DNA of 64,000 bases from an uncultured delta proteobacterium (GCA_963848135.1 CAWKCK010000002.1:124001-188000), one strand, 5' to 3'; shown: positions 50,242 to 62,126, numbered from the stretch's first letter. Program-made: numbers and translations. The notes: generated from the letters alone by a model not told the origin.

Positions 50242-51384
50242 TTAAAGATAGCTTCTGACGACGGCAAATATCGAATCAAAGAGGATGATCAAAAAGATGC
50301 TGGTGACCACCGCGGACGTGGCGGCATTTCCGACGGCGTCCGCTCCTCCCCGGGTCTGGAAACCCCGCAGGCATCCTACCCATGCGATCAGGGCTGCAAA
50401 TACAACGCTTTTGGAAAGGCCCCAGAGGACCTCGAACAGGGTCAGTGCCTCGAGGGTTTGCGTGATATAGGCGTTGAGCGTCAAATCAAGCAGTAAAAAT
50501 CCGATCACCAGGCCACCGAAAATACCGAAAATGTCGGCGAAAAGGGTCAGAAGGGGTATAACGATTATGGCGGCCAACAACCGCGGGACGGCCAGAAAGA
50601 GCGTGGGGGCAAACCCCATGAGGAAAAGCGCGTCGATTTCCTCAGAGATACGCATGGTACCGATTTCGGCGGCAAATGCCGATCCTGATCTGCCGGCAAC
50701 GACTATGGCAGTCATGATCGGAGCGAGTTCGGAGACCATTGCAATGGCAACCAGAGATGCCACGTAAATATTGGCACCGAACTGCTCCAGTTGCAGCGAC
50801 GACATAAAGGCGATGACCAGTCCCAAAAGGAAACTGATCAAGCCCACGATAGGAAGGGCGCTGACCCCGGTTTTTTCCATCAGGGAAATGGTATCGTTAA
50901 CGCGCAATGACCGGGGGTGCAATAACACATGAATCAATGCCAATGATACCGAACCTAGAAACGATATCATATAACGAAGATTAAAAAGACGATCGAGGGT
51001 CATCTCCCCGGTACGGACGAAAAAGCTACGCTTAGTTTTACCTTTTAACGGGGCAATCGTGGTGATCCGATTGAAATCGAACTGATTCAGAATTTGACTA
51101 TTTTGAGGATGGGCATTGCGAATCTGAAATATTCCGCCGCTATCTTCTATCAGATTCCGTAATTCGGAAACAACCAGGGCACCGTAATCGTCGATTACGG
51201 TGACTCTGGCCAGATCGAGGATCATCTGGCGAGGCCGATCGGGGCTGAGGGTATCATTCAGGTCGCGGAGAATCCGTCCGGCCGACTGAACAGTGAGATC
51301 AGTATTAAACGATACAACGAGTTCGTCTGACTGGTTTTTAAAAATATCGTAGAGGGAAATGGATTCGCTTACGACCGTTCTCAT
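50242..51384 (-). CDS. mlaE: MlaE-type permease with N-terminal STAS domain
   Basis: ELAP..TA..VAGRSGSA.AAEIGTM...EEIDAL, PR, VG.A.T.AVV. Confidence 0.92.
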   Translation of the reverse strand: MRTVVSESISLYDIFKNQSDELVVSFNTDLTVQSAGRILRDLNDTLSPDRPRQMILDLARVTVIDDYGALVVSELRNLIEDSGGIFQIRNAHPQNSQILNQFDFNRITTIAPLKGKTKRSFFVRTGEMTLDRLFNLRYMISFLGSVSLALIHVLLHPRSLRVNDTISLMEKTGVSALPIVGLISFLLGLVIAFMSSLQLEQFGANIYVASLVAIAMVSELAPIMTAIVVAGRSGSAFAAEIGTMRISEEIDALFLMGFAPTLFLAVPRLLAAIIVIPLLTLFADIFGIFGGLVIGFLLLDLTLNAYITQTLEALTLFEVLWGLSKSVVFAALIAWVGCLRGFQTRGGADAVGNAATSAVVTSIFLIILFDSIFAVVRSYL

Positions 51385-51583
51385 GAGATTCGGGGATCGC
51401 CAGAGCCTTGAAAAATCCTCAAAATATGGTGACTTGCGGATATCCGTGGTTCAGTGCACGGTATGCAGCTTGAATTTTCAGTTGATTCTCCGCAGGCGTA
51501 ACCGCAACGACGAGGATGTTCAGCGCCGACATTACAGGGGGCTACTGTGGCCTGCGGTGCTCACATTCCCGGTACGAGGGACG

Positions 51584-51778
51584 TCAACCCTTCTTGTTGC
51601 AGGATACGGCGGTTGACAGCGCCGACTGGACTTGAGCCAGAAGAAGGCATTCTTGTGAGCATGACGGAAACATGGTTTTGCGTTGATCGCATTCCCGGCA
51701 TGGACTTTTGACGAGATAACCGATGTCGAAATCAAACTGGCACTTAAACCGATTCGTGGTAATGGGGTGTTTTATCAA
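51584..51778 (-). CDS. Small Cys-rich hypothetical protein
   Basis: TTG start with upstream AAGGA; FDFDIGYLVKSPCREC...PSC...C; sits alone in an intergenic gap. Confidence 0.6.
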   Translation of the reverse strand: MIKHPITTNRFKCQFDFDIGYLVKSPCRECDQRKTMFPSCSQECLLLAQVQSALSTAVSCNKKG

Positions 51779-52135
51779 GAGGCAACGTTCCTTTTCAAGT
51801 GAGCGAAAAAAATTTTCGAACAGGGTCAGTCCAAAAAGGTCCCGTTTGAAATTCAGTTATTAATCATACCACAACCGCGGCGACATAACAACAGAAACAG
51901 CGCAATAGCACGGTTTTCGAAATACTGTTCATCCCTTCCACACAAGCCAGGATTTGCCGCCCGACAATAGGTATTCTGGCGTTCGACTTGGAACACTTTT
52001 GGCAATGTCCTCTCATGTGGAAGCAATCGGTTGCATTGGAGATCGTTGACAATTTCAACGCCCATGTATACTGTGCAATCGTTTGCGGTGTTTGGTAACG
52101 ACTTTGGCCACAGGTGTGGAGCGGTGGTGAAAAAA

Positions 52136-52618
52136 ATGCGCATTGGGGTCGGATATGACGTTCACAGATTAACGGTCGGTCGCCCGCTAGTGCTCGGCGG
52201 TGTCACCGTCCCGTTTCCGAAAGGGCTCGAAGGGCATTCCGATGCGGATGTGCTGCTGCACGCCGTTTGTGATGCCCTGCTGGGTGCGGCCGGTGAAGGC
52301 GATATCGGGATCCATTTTCCGGACACCGATCCCCGTTATAAAAATGAAGACAGCCTGCGGTTGCTGGCTGCAACTGTCAAAATCATCCGCGCTAAAGGAC
52401 TCCGGTTGGTCAACCTCGATTCGACCGTGTTTGCCGAGGCCCCGAAATTGCAGTCCTTCCGTAAAGAAATGCAGCGCAACATCGCCAGTGCAATTGGCGT
52501 CAAACTGGAGTGTGTCAACGTCAAAGCCACGACAACGGAAGGCCTCGGGGACATCGGTAAGGGCGAGGGGATAGCCGCCATGTGCGTTGTCTTATTGACA
52601 GCAGGTGCGTCTGCCTGA
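52136..52618 (+). CDS. ispF: 2-C-methyl-D-erythritol 2,4-cyclodiphosphate synthase
   Basis: MRIG.GYDVH, GHSDADV..HA..DA, GDIG.HFP, VKATTTE. Confidence 0.97.
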   Translation: MRIGVGYDVHRLTVGRPLVLGGVTVPFPKGLEGHSDADVLLHAVCDALLGAAGEGDIGIHFPDTDPRYKNEDSLRLLAATVKIIRAKGLRLVNLDSTVFAEAPKLQSFRKEMQRNIASAIGVKLECVNVKATTTEGLGDIGKGEGIAAMCVVLLTAGASA

Positions 52619-52686
52619 TACCCGGCCCATTGATAATACATTTCATATTTTAAAAATATTAACAATTAATTATAATCTAAATAGTT

Positions 52687-54687
52687 ATGTCATGCTTTAA
52701 GTTGTCGGCCCCTTTCGAACCGGCCGGCGACCAACCCAGATCAATCGCCACCCTGACAACCAGGATCCGTTCAGGAATACGCCAACACGTTTTGCTGGGA
52801 GTGACCGGATCCGGCAAAACGTTCACCATGGCGCACGTCATCGCCAACCTTGCACGTCCAACCCTGATTCTGGCCCCAAACAAGACTTTGGCAGCCCAGC
52901 TGTATAATGAATTCAAAAACCTGTTTCCAGAAAATGCGGTTGAATATTTTGTCAGTTACTACGACTATTATCAACCTGAAGCCTACATACCCACCAGTGA
53001 TACCTACATCGCAAAAGATTCCTCCATCAATGAAATGATCGACAAATTACGGCATTCGGCCACCCGGTCGGTTCTCTCTCGTCGCGACGTCATTGTCGTG
53101 GCAAGTGTTTCCTGCATTTACGGTCTCGGTGCCCCGGAGGACTATCTGGGAATGCGAATCGACCTCGAGAAGGATATGGAAGTCGACCGCGACATGTTGC
53201 TGCGTGATCTGGTTGCCTTGCATTATGAACGCAATGATTTCGACTTCCATCGCGGAGTTTTTCGGGTCAGGGGTGACAGGGTGGAATTGTTTCCAGCCTA
53301 CGAAGAGACAAAGGCTTTACGGATCGATTTTTTTGGCGATCAGATTGACGGTATCGCTGAAATCGACGCACTGCGGGGCCATGTAACCAAGGATTTGTCC
53401 CATGTTACCGTGTTTCCTGCCAGCCATTATGTTACGTCTCAAGTCACTCGGAAACGTGCCATCGCGACCATTATCAATGAACTCAAGGGCAGGATGGGCT
53501 ATTTTCGCTCGCAAAACCGTTACATCGAAGCTCAACGGGTAGAGGAACGGACAAATTTCGATCTCGAGATGATCCAGGAACTCGGCTATTGCAACGGTAT
53601 CGAGAATTACTCGCGTCACCTCACCGGGAGGGAACAGGGCGAACCGCCACCGACATTGCTGGATTATTTTCCAGAGGACTATCTCCTTTTTATCGATGAG
53701 AGCCACATCGCCGTGCCTCAATTGCGGGCCATGTACAAGGGTGATCGGTCACGCAAAGAGACGCTGGTTGAATACGGCTTTCGACTCCCTTCGGCCCTCG
53801 ACAACCGGCCGCTGAAGTTTGAGGAGTGCATCGAACGGTTCAATCAGGTAATCTATGTTTCGGCCACACCGGCGGACTATGAAACTACCCAGACCGGCGG
53901 TGAAGTCGTCGAACAGATTGTCAGACCCACGGGTTTGATCGACCCGGTCATTGATGTACACAGTGCCCTCAATCAGGTGGATGACCTGCTGGAGGAAATC
54001 CGCATCACCTGCAGCAAAGGTTATCGGATCTTGATAACCACGTTAACCAAACGCATGGCCGAAGATCTTACAGACTACTATACCGATCTGGGATTGAAAG
54101 TACGCTACCTGCATTCGGACATCACCACCCTTGAACGAATGGACATTATCCGTGATTTGCGACTGGGTATTTTCGATGTGTTGGTCGGAATCAACTTGCT
54201 GCGCGAAGGTCTAGACATCCCCGAGGTTGCACTGGTTGCGATCCTCGACGCCGACAAGGAAGGCTTCCTCCGTTCAAACCGTTCGCTGATTCAGACGTTC
54301 GGCCGTGCGGCACGTAACGTGGATGGCCGGGTCATCCTCTATGCAGACAAACAGACGCCGTCGATGATAGCAGCCATCGCCGAAACCAATCGCCGTCGCC
54401 GCATTCAAGAAACCCATAACCGCGCTCACGGCATTATCCCAGAATCAATAAAGAAAGACGTCGCCCCGTCTTTCACATATAGCTCAGAACCTGCAGAAAC
54501 CGGGGCGGAGACCGAAAGGGTTGCCGAACCATTGGAACCTTATGGAAATCTGGACAATATCGACAAGGCGATCAGGGAAATGGAAAAAGAAATGAAAGCC
54601 GCTGCCAAGGCCCTTGAATTCGAGCGCGCCGCTGAGATGCGCGATCGAATCAAAGCACTGCAGAAACTGGTGGTGTTTGAGGATTAA
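52687..54687 (+). CDS. uvrB: Excinuclease ABC subunit B
   Basis: [33 protein letters not shown]-terminal UVR domain. Confidence 0.98.
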   Translation: MSCFKLSAPFEPAGDQPRSIATLTTRIRSGIRQHVLLGVTGSGKTFTMAHVIANLARPTLILAPNKTLAAQLYNEFKNLFPENAVEYFVSYYDYYQPEAYIPTSDTYIAKDSSINEMIDKLRHSATRSVLSRRDVIVVASVSCIYGLGAPEDYLGMRIDLEKDMEVDRDMLLRDLVALHYERNDFDFHRGVFRVRGDRVELFPAYEETKALRIDFFGDQIDGIAEIDALRGHVTKDLSHVTVFPASHYVTSQVTRKRAIATIINELKGRMGYFRSQNRYIEAQRVEERTNFDLEMIQELGYCNGIENYSRHLTGREQGEPPPTLLDYFPEDYLLFIDESHIAVPQLRAMYKGDRSRKETLVEYGFRLPSALDNRPLKFEECIERFNQVIYVSATPADYETTQTGGEVVEQIVRPTGLIDPVIDVHSALNQVDDLLEEIRITCSKGYRILITTLTKRMAEDLTDYYTDLGLKVRYLHSDITTLERMDIIRDLRLGIFDVLVGINLLREGLDIPEVALVAILDADKEGFLRSNRSLIQTFGRAARNVDGRVILYADKQTPSMIAAIAETNRRRRIQETHNRAHGIIPESIKKDVAPSFTYSSEPAETGAETERVAEPLEPYGNLDNIDKAIREMEKEMKAAAKALEFERAAEMRDRIKALQKLVVFED

Positions 54688-54696
54688 AACGGTTTC

Positions 54697-56595
54697 ATGA
54701 AACATCGTATGCCAATGAATAAGATTTCCATGCCGGCTGACACCGCCGATCGTGAAGAGAAACCCGACCTGGACGAACTCAGGGAGGCGCTAACGCGAGT
54801 GTCGGACGGGCCGGGGGTCTACTTGATGCGGGCTATCGACGACGAGATCATTTATGTCGGCAAGGCCCGTAGCCTCAAGAAACGACTCGGGTCGTATTTT
54901 TCCAAAGCCGGCCGGTTGGACATTAAGACCGAGGTGTTGATCCGGAAAATCGCGGATTTTGAAACCATCGTAACATCCTCCGAGAAAGAAGCTCTGATCC
55001 TTGAGTCCAATCTGATCAAGCGCCACAGACCGCGTTACAACGTCGACCTGAAAGATGATAAACGCTACCCACTTCTGCGTCTCGACCTCACACACCCATA
55101 TCCGCGATTGTCCATGGTCCGCAAACCGAAAAAAGACGGTGCACTCTATTTCGGTCCATATGCTTCTGCGCATGCCGTGCGCCAGACGCTTAAGGTGATC
55201 AACAAAACATTCATGCTGCGCAAATGCAGCGAGAGGGAGTTTAAAATTCGGACCCGTCCCTGTCTGCACTGCCAGATGCAAGGTTGCCTGGCACCGTGTT
55301 GTCGCGACGTGGATCGTGACACCTATGACAATATGGTCAAAGAGGTTATCCTTTTTTTAAAAGGCAAGACACCGGTTCTCATCCGCGATATTAAAAAACA
55401 GATGCTCGCCGCTGCCGGGATTCATGATTTTGAACACGCCGCCAGACTCAGAGACAAGATGTTTGCCCTCGAGAAAACGATTGAGAAACAGGTCGCCGTA
55501 TCAACCGATTTCAAGGACCGCGACGTGATCGCGTGTGCCCGCACACCGGATTTTTCTCTGGTGACAACGCTATTTATTCGTGGCGGATTTCTTCAAGGAA
55601 CCCGTACGTTCACTTTTTCAGCCACGATTGCCGATGACAGCGAACTGATTGCGGCCTTTATCCGGCAGTATTACGAAACCGCCCAGTTTGTCCCGAATGA
55701 AATTCTGGTCCAGAATGTGCCGGAAGATGCGTCATTCCTCGAAGAGCGGTTGTGTGAACTGAAAGGTGCGAAGGTCAGAATCCGAAGGCCTTTGAGGGGG
55801 GCTAAGACACGACTGGTGGCAATGGCCATTCAAAATGTCGAGCAAGACCTCGGTGAAAAGACTGAAAGCCTGTCCGGCCGCAGGGCGATGATTCAACGGC
55901 TTCAGAAGCGCCTACGGTTGCAACGTATACCCCTCAGGATCGAGTGTTTTGATAACTCGAATCTGGCCGGAACCTTATCGGTGGCCAGCATGGTGGTCTT
56001 CGGTGATGGAAAACCGGACAAAGAGGCCTACCGTCTCTACCGGATCAAGGACGTCAGGGGACCGGATGATTACGCCATGATGAATGAAGTTCTGCGGCGG
56101 CGATTTACCGGCCATGAGGCCTCAACACCGTATCCTGATCTTCTGATCGTGGACGGCGGCAAAGGGCAGCTGAATATCGCTTGCGCAGTGATCGCCGATC
56201 TGGGACTCAAGGATCGGTTTGACATTATCGGTATCGCCAAAAAAGATGCGGACAGGGGTGAATCAGAAGACAAAATATATAAGGCCGGAAGAGCCAATCC
56301 CGTGAACTTTGGACGGGATGCCGATCTGTTGCTTTTCATCCAGCGCATACGTGACGAAGCCCACCGCTGCGCCATTTCGTATCACCGTAAAAAACGTGGT
56401 AAACAGGCCATTCAATCGACCTTGGACCAGATTCCGGGAGTGGGAAAGAAGAGAAAAACCGTCCTACTGAAGCATTTTAAAAGCATCCGGCGGATGCGTG
56501 AGGCGACTCTGGAGGAATTGCGTGCCGTGCCGGGTATTCACTGCCAATTGGCGCAAACAATCAGGGAGCACCTGCTGAAGCCCGGCACTCCCTGA
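54697..56595 (+). CDS. uvrC: Excinuclease ABC subunit C
   Basis: GVY..YVGKA, Cys cluster, IECFDNS, DGGKGQL, RDEAHR, HhH. Confidence 0.97.
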   Translation: MKHRMPMNKISMPADTADREEKPDLDELREALTRVSDGPGVYLMRAIDDEIIYVGKARSLKKRLGSYFSKAGRLDIKTEVLIRKIADFETIVTSSEKEALILESNLIKRHRPRYNVDLKDDKRYPLLRLDLTHPYPRLSMVRKPKKDGALYFGPYASAHAVRQTLKVINKTFMLRKCSEREFKIRTRPCLHCQMQGCLAPCCRDVDRDTYDNMVKEVILFLKGKTPVLIRDIKKQMLAAAGIHDFEHAARLRDKMFALEKTIEKQVAVSTDFKDRDVIACARTPDFSLVTTLFIRGGFLQGTRTFTFSATIADDSELIAAFIRQYYETAQFVPNEILVQNVPEDASFLEERLCELKGAKVRIRRPLRGAKTRLVAMAIQNVEQDLGEKTESLSGRRAMIQRLQKRLRLQRIPLRIECFDNSNLAGTLSVASMVVFGDGKPDKEAYRLYRIKDVRGPDDYAMMNEVLRRRFTGHEASTPYPDLLIVDGGKGQLNIACAVIADLGLKDRFDIIGIAKKDADRGESEDKIYKAGRANPVNFGRDADLLLFIQRIRDEAHRCAISYHRKKRGKQAIQSTLDQIPGVGKKRKTVLLKHFKSIRRMREATLEELRAVPGIHCQLAQTIREHLLKPGTP

Positions 56596-56631
56596 TCGCT
56601 TTATGGATTTCCAGGTGTTAAAATAAACCCG

Positions 56632-57816
<1,185 letters not shown>

Positions 57817-57859
57817 TCATCATAATCATTGCCCCTGAATCTGCCTGGAGTCGAGTTAA

Positions 57860-58474
57860 ATGGCCATTGTTAATCTGAAAAAACGGGAAATCGAGTGTAA
57901 GATTGTCTACTACGGACCAGGACGATGTGGAAAAACAACGAATCTGGAATACATCTTCAAAGCCTATAAAAAGCAAATAAGTGGCGAAATGGTGTCGATC
58001 AATACGGACGGTGATCGAACCCTATTTTTCGATTTTCTACCCATGGAACTCGGTAAATTGAAGGGGTGTGACGTCCGTGTCCATTTGTACACCGTTCCGG
58101 GCCAGGTGCAGTACACGTCGACCCGGAAGCTTGTTTTAAGGGGTGTCGACGGGCTGGTGTTTGTGGCAGACTCGCTGGAAGTCCGTCGTGAAAAAAACAT
58201 GCTGTCATTAAAAGACCTTCACCAGAATTTGAAAGATTACGGGCTGAATATCCTTAAGATTCCTCTGGTACTGCAGTTCAACAAACGAGACCTGGCCGAG
58301 GAAGGGATTCCTTTGATGCCGATCGAACAGATGGAAAAGGAATTGAACCGACAGCTCAAAGTACCGTCATTTCCAGCCAGTGCCATCAAAGGTGGTGGCG
58401 TCGGCAAGACTCTCCAGGCGTGTCTGAAACTGACGCTGCTGTCTTTAAAAAAGGAATTGAGCTGGAACGATTAG
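57860..58474 (+). CDS. mglA: MglA-family small Ras-like GTPase
   Basis: KIVYYGPGRCGKTTNL (G1), DRTLFFDF (G2 with intrinsic Arg), YTVPGQ (G3), NKRD (G4). Confidence 0.93.
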   Translation: MAIVNLKKREIECKIVYYGPGRCGKTTNLEYIFKAYKKQISGEMVSINTDGDRTLFFDFLPMELGKLKGCDVRVHLYTVPGQVQYTSTRKLVLRGVDGLVFVADSLEVRREKNMLSLKDLHQNLKDYGLNILKIPLVLQFNKRDLAEEGIPLMPIEQMEKELNRQLKVPSFPASAIKGGGVGKTLQACLKLTLLSLKKELSWND

Positions 58475-58483
58475 TTCAAACCC

Positions 58484-59677
58484 ATGAGCAAAGGCACTGC
58501 ATTCACTGGTCGTTTGGAATTTCTCAGCCTCGGTGAGTTACTGCAAATCATCGGTAACAACGGGGGAACGGGTGTCCTGCGCATTATGAGCAAATACGCC
58601 CAGGGGTCCGGTTCGATCTATATCGATAAAGGGGATCCGGTAGATGCGATCAATGGAGAAAAGATCGGCCTGGAGGCGCTTTTCTCGTTGTTCGGTTGGA
58701 CCGAAGGTGAATTTTCATTCAATCTGGAGAATATCGACAAAAAAAACGTCATCAACAAAAACCGTATGGAAATCATTCTTGACGGTTCACGTATGGTGGA
58801 TGACGGCAAAATTGAAACACTCGGCCCGGTATCATTCAAAACCGATGCGGCTGACAGCGGCGGTGAAAAATCCCTGCCGGTCATCAAGGGCCCCTTCGTC
58901 GACTATATGTATGTCGTGGACGAAGAAGAATTTTACGAGGGCGACGAGATCGTCACCGAGGGAAATTACGGGAACTGGATGTGGGTCGTTCTGGAAGGAA
59001 TGGTTGAAATTTCAAAACGAACACCGGAAGGATCCCTCAAAATTCTGCGGCTCAGCGATGGCGCCTATGTCGGAAGCATCTCATCATTTCTGACCGAAAG
59101 CAGTGTGCGAACCGCTACGGCGAAAGCTGTAACCCGTGTTCAACTGGGGATGCTCGATTCCCAACTTCTGGCCAATGAATATGCTGCCATGAGCCAGGAG
59201 CTACGAGATGTCGTCAAGAGTCTTGACAAACGTTTGAGCAAAGTCACCGACAGCGTGGTTAAAATTGTTAGCGGAATCGGGAAGTCCGATGAGTTTTTGG
59301 GCAACAAGAAGGCCGTAATCGAACAAGGTAAAAACGAGGAGCGCGTCTTTGCGATTACCCATGGCAAGGCGGCCATTGCACGCAGAGTCGAGGATAGTTA
59401 TGTCCCACTGCTCGAGTTGAAAAAAGGCGATTTTTTTGGCCATATTCCGTTCTTGAAAATGGGTCACGAGCCTCATGCGGCAGCGGTGTTCGCGTCACAA
59501 GATTTGAAAATTTCACCCATCGACGTGGCTGGCCTGGTTGCAGAACACGAAGCACTGCCAAACTCCTTTCGCCATATCATCGAAAATTTGGCAACCTGTA
59601 TATCGGTGACGACCATGATTGCACGTGAGTACCATGGAAAAAATGAGTTGCGGAAATCTGATAAAGTGGAACAATAG
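58484..59677 (+). CDS. DUF4388 (PATAN-like) domain plus two cyclic-nucleotide-binding-like domains
   Basis: G.L....L.ELLQ....GTG.L, W.EG.F.F; EG..G..MWVVLEG.VEI...G...RTATA; QG....F.I..G...KGDFFG. Confidence 0.85.
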   Translation: MSKGTAFTGRLEFLSLGELLQIIGNNGGTGVLRIMSKYAQGSGSIYIDKGDPVDAINGEKIGLEALFSLFGWTEGEFSFNLENIDKKNVINKNRMEIILDGSRMVDDGKIETLGPVSFKTDAADSGGEKSLPVIKGPFVDYMYVVDEEEFYEGDEIVTEGNYGNWMWVVLEGMVEISKRTPEGSLKILRLSDGAYVGSISSFLTESSVRTATAKAVTRVQLGMLDSQLLANEYAAMSQELRDVVKSLDKRLSKVTDSVVKIVSGIGKSDEFLGNKKAVIEQGKNEERVFAITHGKAAIARRVEDSYVPLLELKKGDFFGHIPFLKMGHEPHAAAVFASQDLKISPIDVAGLVAEHEALPNSFRHIIENLATCISVTTMIAREYHGKNELRKSDKVEQ

Positions 59678-59704
59678 CAAACCGTTTAACCGGAAGTGGG
59701 CAAT

Positions 59705-60058
59705 ATGACGAGCGAAGACAAAAGGAAATTCCTCCGGATCAATTCACTGAATCTGTCTTATGTCCTTGTAGACGGTGAGGGCGAAGCCGATAGACAAACA
59801 ATGGGCCGGACTTTGGATGTATCCGAAGCTGGCATTCGTTTAGAAACCAATCTAGCGGTCGAAAAAGGCTGCCAACTCATGCTGTCCATCGGGTTCGAAG
59901 ACGAACTTGTGGATATCAAAGGCCATGTGATACATGCCGCAGAAAACAGGGACGGTAAATACGAACTCGGTATTGAGTTTGACAACCCGGATGATACGAC
60001 CCGAAAAACGATTCAGAAATTTATCAAAGCGTTCAGGAGCCAGCGAGGCGTCGATTGA
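59705..60058 (+). CDS. PilZ-domain protein
   Basis: RKFLR (RxxxR), DVSEAG (DxSxxG), GIEF. Confidence 0.9.
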   Translation: MTSEDKRKFLRINSLNLSYVLVDGEGEADRQTMGRTLDVSEAGIRLETNLAVEKGCQLMLSIGFEDELVDIKGHVIHAAENRDGKYELGIEFDNPDDTTRKTIQKFIKAFRSQRGVD

Positions 60059-60149
60059 TTTGTCATCGTGGCATCGGCGCTGTAAAGAGGTCAGAAGCCA
60101 AAGCTGAAAATTTTGCGGCAACGAAAGAGCGCTGCAAGGGAGGGTGGTA

Positions 60150-61046
60150 ATGGGGACACCAGTGGTTACAACCGAACTTAAAGATATTGAATTGATGAAA
60201 AGGGGGAAGGTTCGGGATGTCTACGATCTCGGGGAACACCTCCTGATGATTACCAGTGATCGCATTTCCGCATTCGACGTCGTGATGCCTGATCCGATTC
60301 CCGACAAGGGAAAAATTCTCACCCGAACATCTCTTTTCTGGTTTAACGCCATGCAGTCTCTGGTCAATAATCATGTCGTTAGCGCGGATGTCGACGCCTA
60401 TCCGGAAATCTGTAAGCCCTATGCCGACCAGTTGCGAGACAGGAGTATGTTGGTGAAAAAAGCCACGCCGCTACCCATTGAATGCGTCGTCAGAGGATAT
60501 ATTTCCGGATCTGGTTGGAAGGCCTACCAGGAAACGGGACGCGTTTGCGGCATCAGCTTGCCAGCCGGCCTCAAAGAGTCGGAGAAATTGCCGCAACCGA
60601 TTTTTACGCCCTCGACCAAGGAAGAAATTGGCCAACACGATATCAATATCAATTTCGATGAGACCATTAAAAGAATCGGCCATGAGGCGGCTGAAAAAGT
60701 TAGGGACCTCAGTCTCGAAATTTATCGCCAGGGGACCGCGCTTGCCGAACAGAAGGGCATCATTATTGCAGACACAAAATTTGAATTCGGGTACTGTGGA
60801 GATGAGCTTATTCTGATCGACGAAGTACTGACACCGGATTCCTCCCGTTTCTGGCCCAAGGACACCTACTCTCCGGGCGGGGCGCAAAAGAGCTACGACA
60901 AGCAGTATCTGCGAGACTACCTGGAGTCCATTAAATGGAACAAACAACCCCCGGCCCCCCGTCTACCGCGAGAGGTGGTCGACAACACCCGCCGAAAGTA
61001 CATGGAGGCGCTTACCCAGCTGACCGGCGCCACGTATGCGTTTTAA
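60150..61046 (+). CDS. purC: SAICAR synthase
   Basis: [42 protein letters not shown]. Confidence 0.97.
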   Translation: MGTPVVTTELKDIELMKRGKVRDVYDLGEHLLMITSDRISAFDVVMPDPIPDKGKILTRTSLFWFNAMQSLVNNHVVSADVDAYPEICKPYADQLRDRSMLVKKATPLPIECVVRGYISGSGWKAYQETGRVCGISLPAGLKESEKLPQPIFTPSTKEEIGQHDININFDETIKRIGHEAAEKVRDLSLEIYRQGTALAEQKGIIIADTKFEFGYCGDELILIDEVLTPDSSRFWPKDTYSPGGAQKSYDKQYLRDYLESIKWNKQPPAPRLPREVVDNTRRKYMEALTQLTGATYAF

Positions 61047-61992
61047 CGAAGAATCCATATCTCTGGTCGACATTTGTGAATCAGATTCGACATACCGCGT
61101 CACAACCACCAGAAGCATTGTCGCTTTGACGGACTCGATTGCGGCAATCGGTTTGATGCACCTACCGATTCTGCAACGAACAGAAATTGGGTACCGCATA
61201 GTTACGGGTTTCCGAAGAATCGAGGCCAGCCGCACGCTCGGCCAATCCATTGTACAGACCCGATTGCTTCCGGATGATAGCGATGAATCGACCCGTGTCT
61301 ATCTGGCCATCGCCGACAATTCCCTTCAGAGATCGTTGAACCTTATCGAATCCTCCCGCGCTTTGAATTTGTTATCCAGAGTCGCGAATGACGAGCATCA
61401 TTTAACCGAGATGGCTGCCATATTGTCGTTGCCCAAAAACCCTACGATGATCGCCAAACTGATGCCTCTGGCTGTGATGCCGGCCGTAATAAGGGCTGCG
61501 GTGGTCTCGGAAGATCTGCCCCTGTCCATGGCGCTTGAACTCGACACGCTCGACGTCAAAACCGCCGAGAAAATGGCGCGGATCTTCATTGACCTCAGGT
61601 TGGGCTTGAACCGCCAGCGCGAAGTGTTAACCCATTTATATGAAATTGCCAAAAGGGAGGATTGTTCAATCGGCGACGTATTGGATGAGGACGACGTCAG
61701 TAGGATCATCGACAATGCCGCTCTTGACAGTGCCCCAAAATCCATGCAGTTAAGAGCACTTCTTTACCGGCGGCGCTATCCGTCGATCGCCGAGAAGTCA
61801 GCCCGATTCAACGACTTAGTGAAAACCCTGCGGCTCGGGAGCGGGATTAAGCTCATCCCGCCGAATAATTTTGAAGGAACGGCATATACATTGTCGATAA
61901 TCTTTGACCGATGGGACCAGCTTGTGGATCGCGGCAATAGTCTGGAAATCCTCAGACGAAGTGATGAACTGAAGAAATTTCTGATGGAGTGA
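61036..61992 (+). CDS. ParB N-terminal-domain protein, no adjacent parA
   Basis: SI..IG...PI, Y.IVTGFRR..A, DN..R.LN..E; overlaps purC by 11 nt. Confidence 0.82.
   Translation: MRFNEESISLVDICESDSTYRVTTTRSIVALTDSIAAIGLMHLPILQRTEIGYRIVTGFRRIEASRTLGQSIVQTRLLPDDSDESTRVYLAIADNSLQRSLNLIESSRALNLLSRVANDEHHLTEMAAILSLPKNPTMIAKLMPLAVMPAVIRAAVVSEDLPLSMALELDTLDVKTAEKMARIFIDLRLGLNRQREVLTHLYEIAKREDCSIGDVLDEDDVSRIIDNAALDSAPKSMQLRALLYRRRYPSIAEKSARFNDLVKTLRLGSGIKLIPPNNFEGTAYTLSIIFDRWDQLVDRGNSLEILRRSDELKKFLME
61136..61150. repeat. Perfect palindrome CGATTGC-G-GCAATCG (copy 1)
   Basis: First 14 bp identical to 61996-62009. Confidence 0.7.
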
Positions 61993-62015
61993 CACCGATT
62001 GCGGCAATCCGGTGT
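61992..62015. repeat. Palindrome/stem-loop containing CGATTGCGGCAATC (copy 2)
   Basis: ACACCG-ATTGC-G-GCAAT-C-CGGTGT right after the ParB-like stop codon. Confidence 0.7.
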
Positions 62016-62126
62016 GGTCCCGGGCAGGTGTGGGGAATATTGGTCGCCGGTTTCGGTTGTATGCCACGGTATAACATGCGGAGGTTGAGGCGCTTGCGAA
62101 GGTGTAACCCACCTCAGGTGCGGGCT

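Noticed and set aside
51853..52143. Minus-strand ORFs upstream of ispF (96 aa and 64 aa)
   Set aside because: No convincing SD or motif; probably divergent promoter DNA
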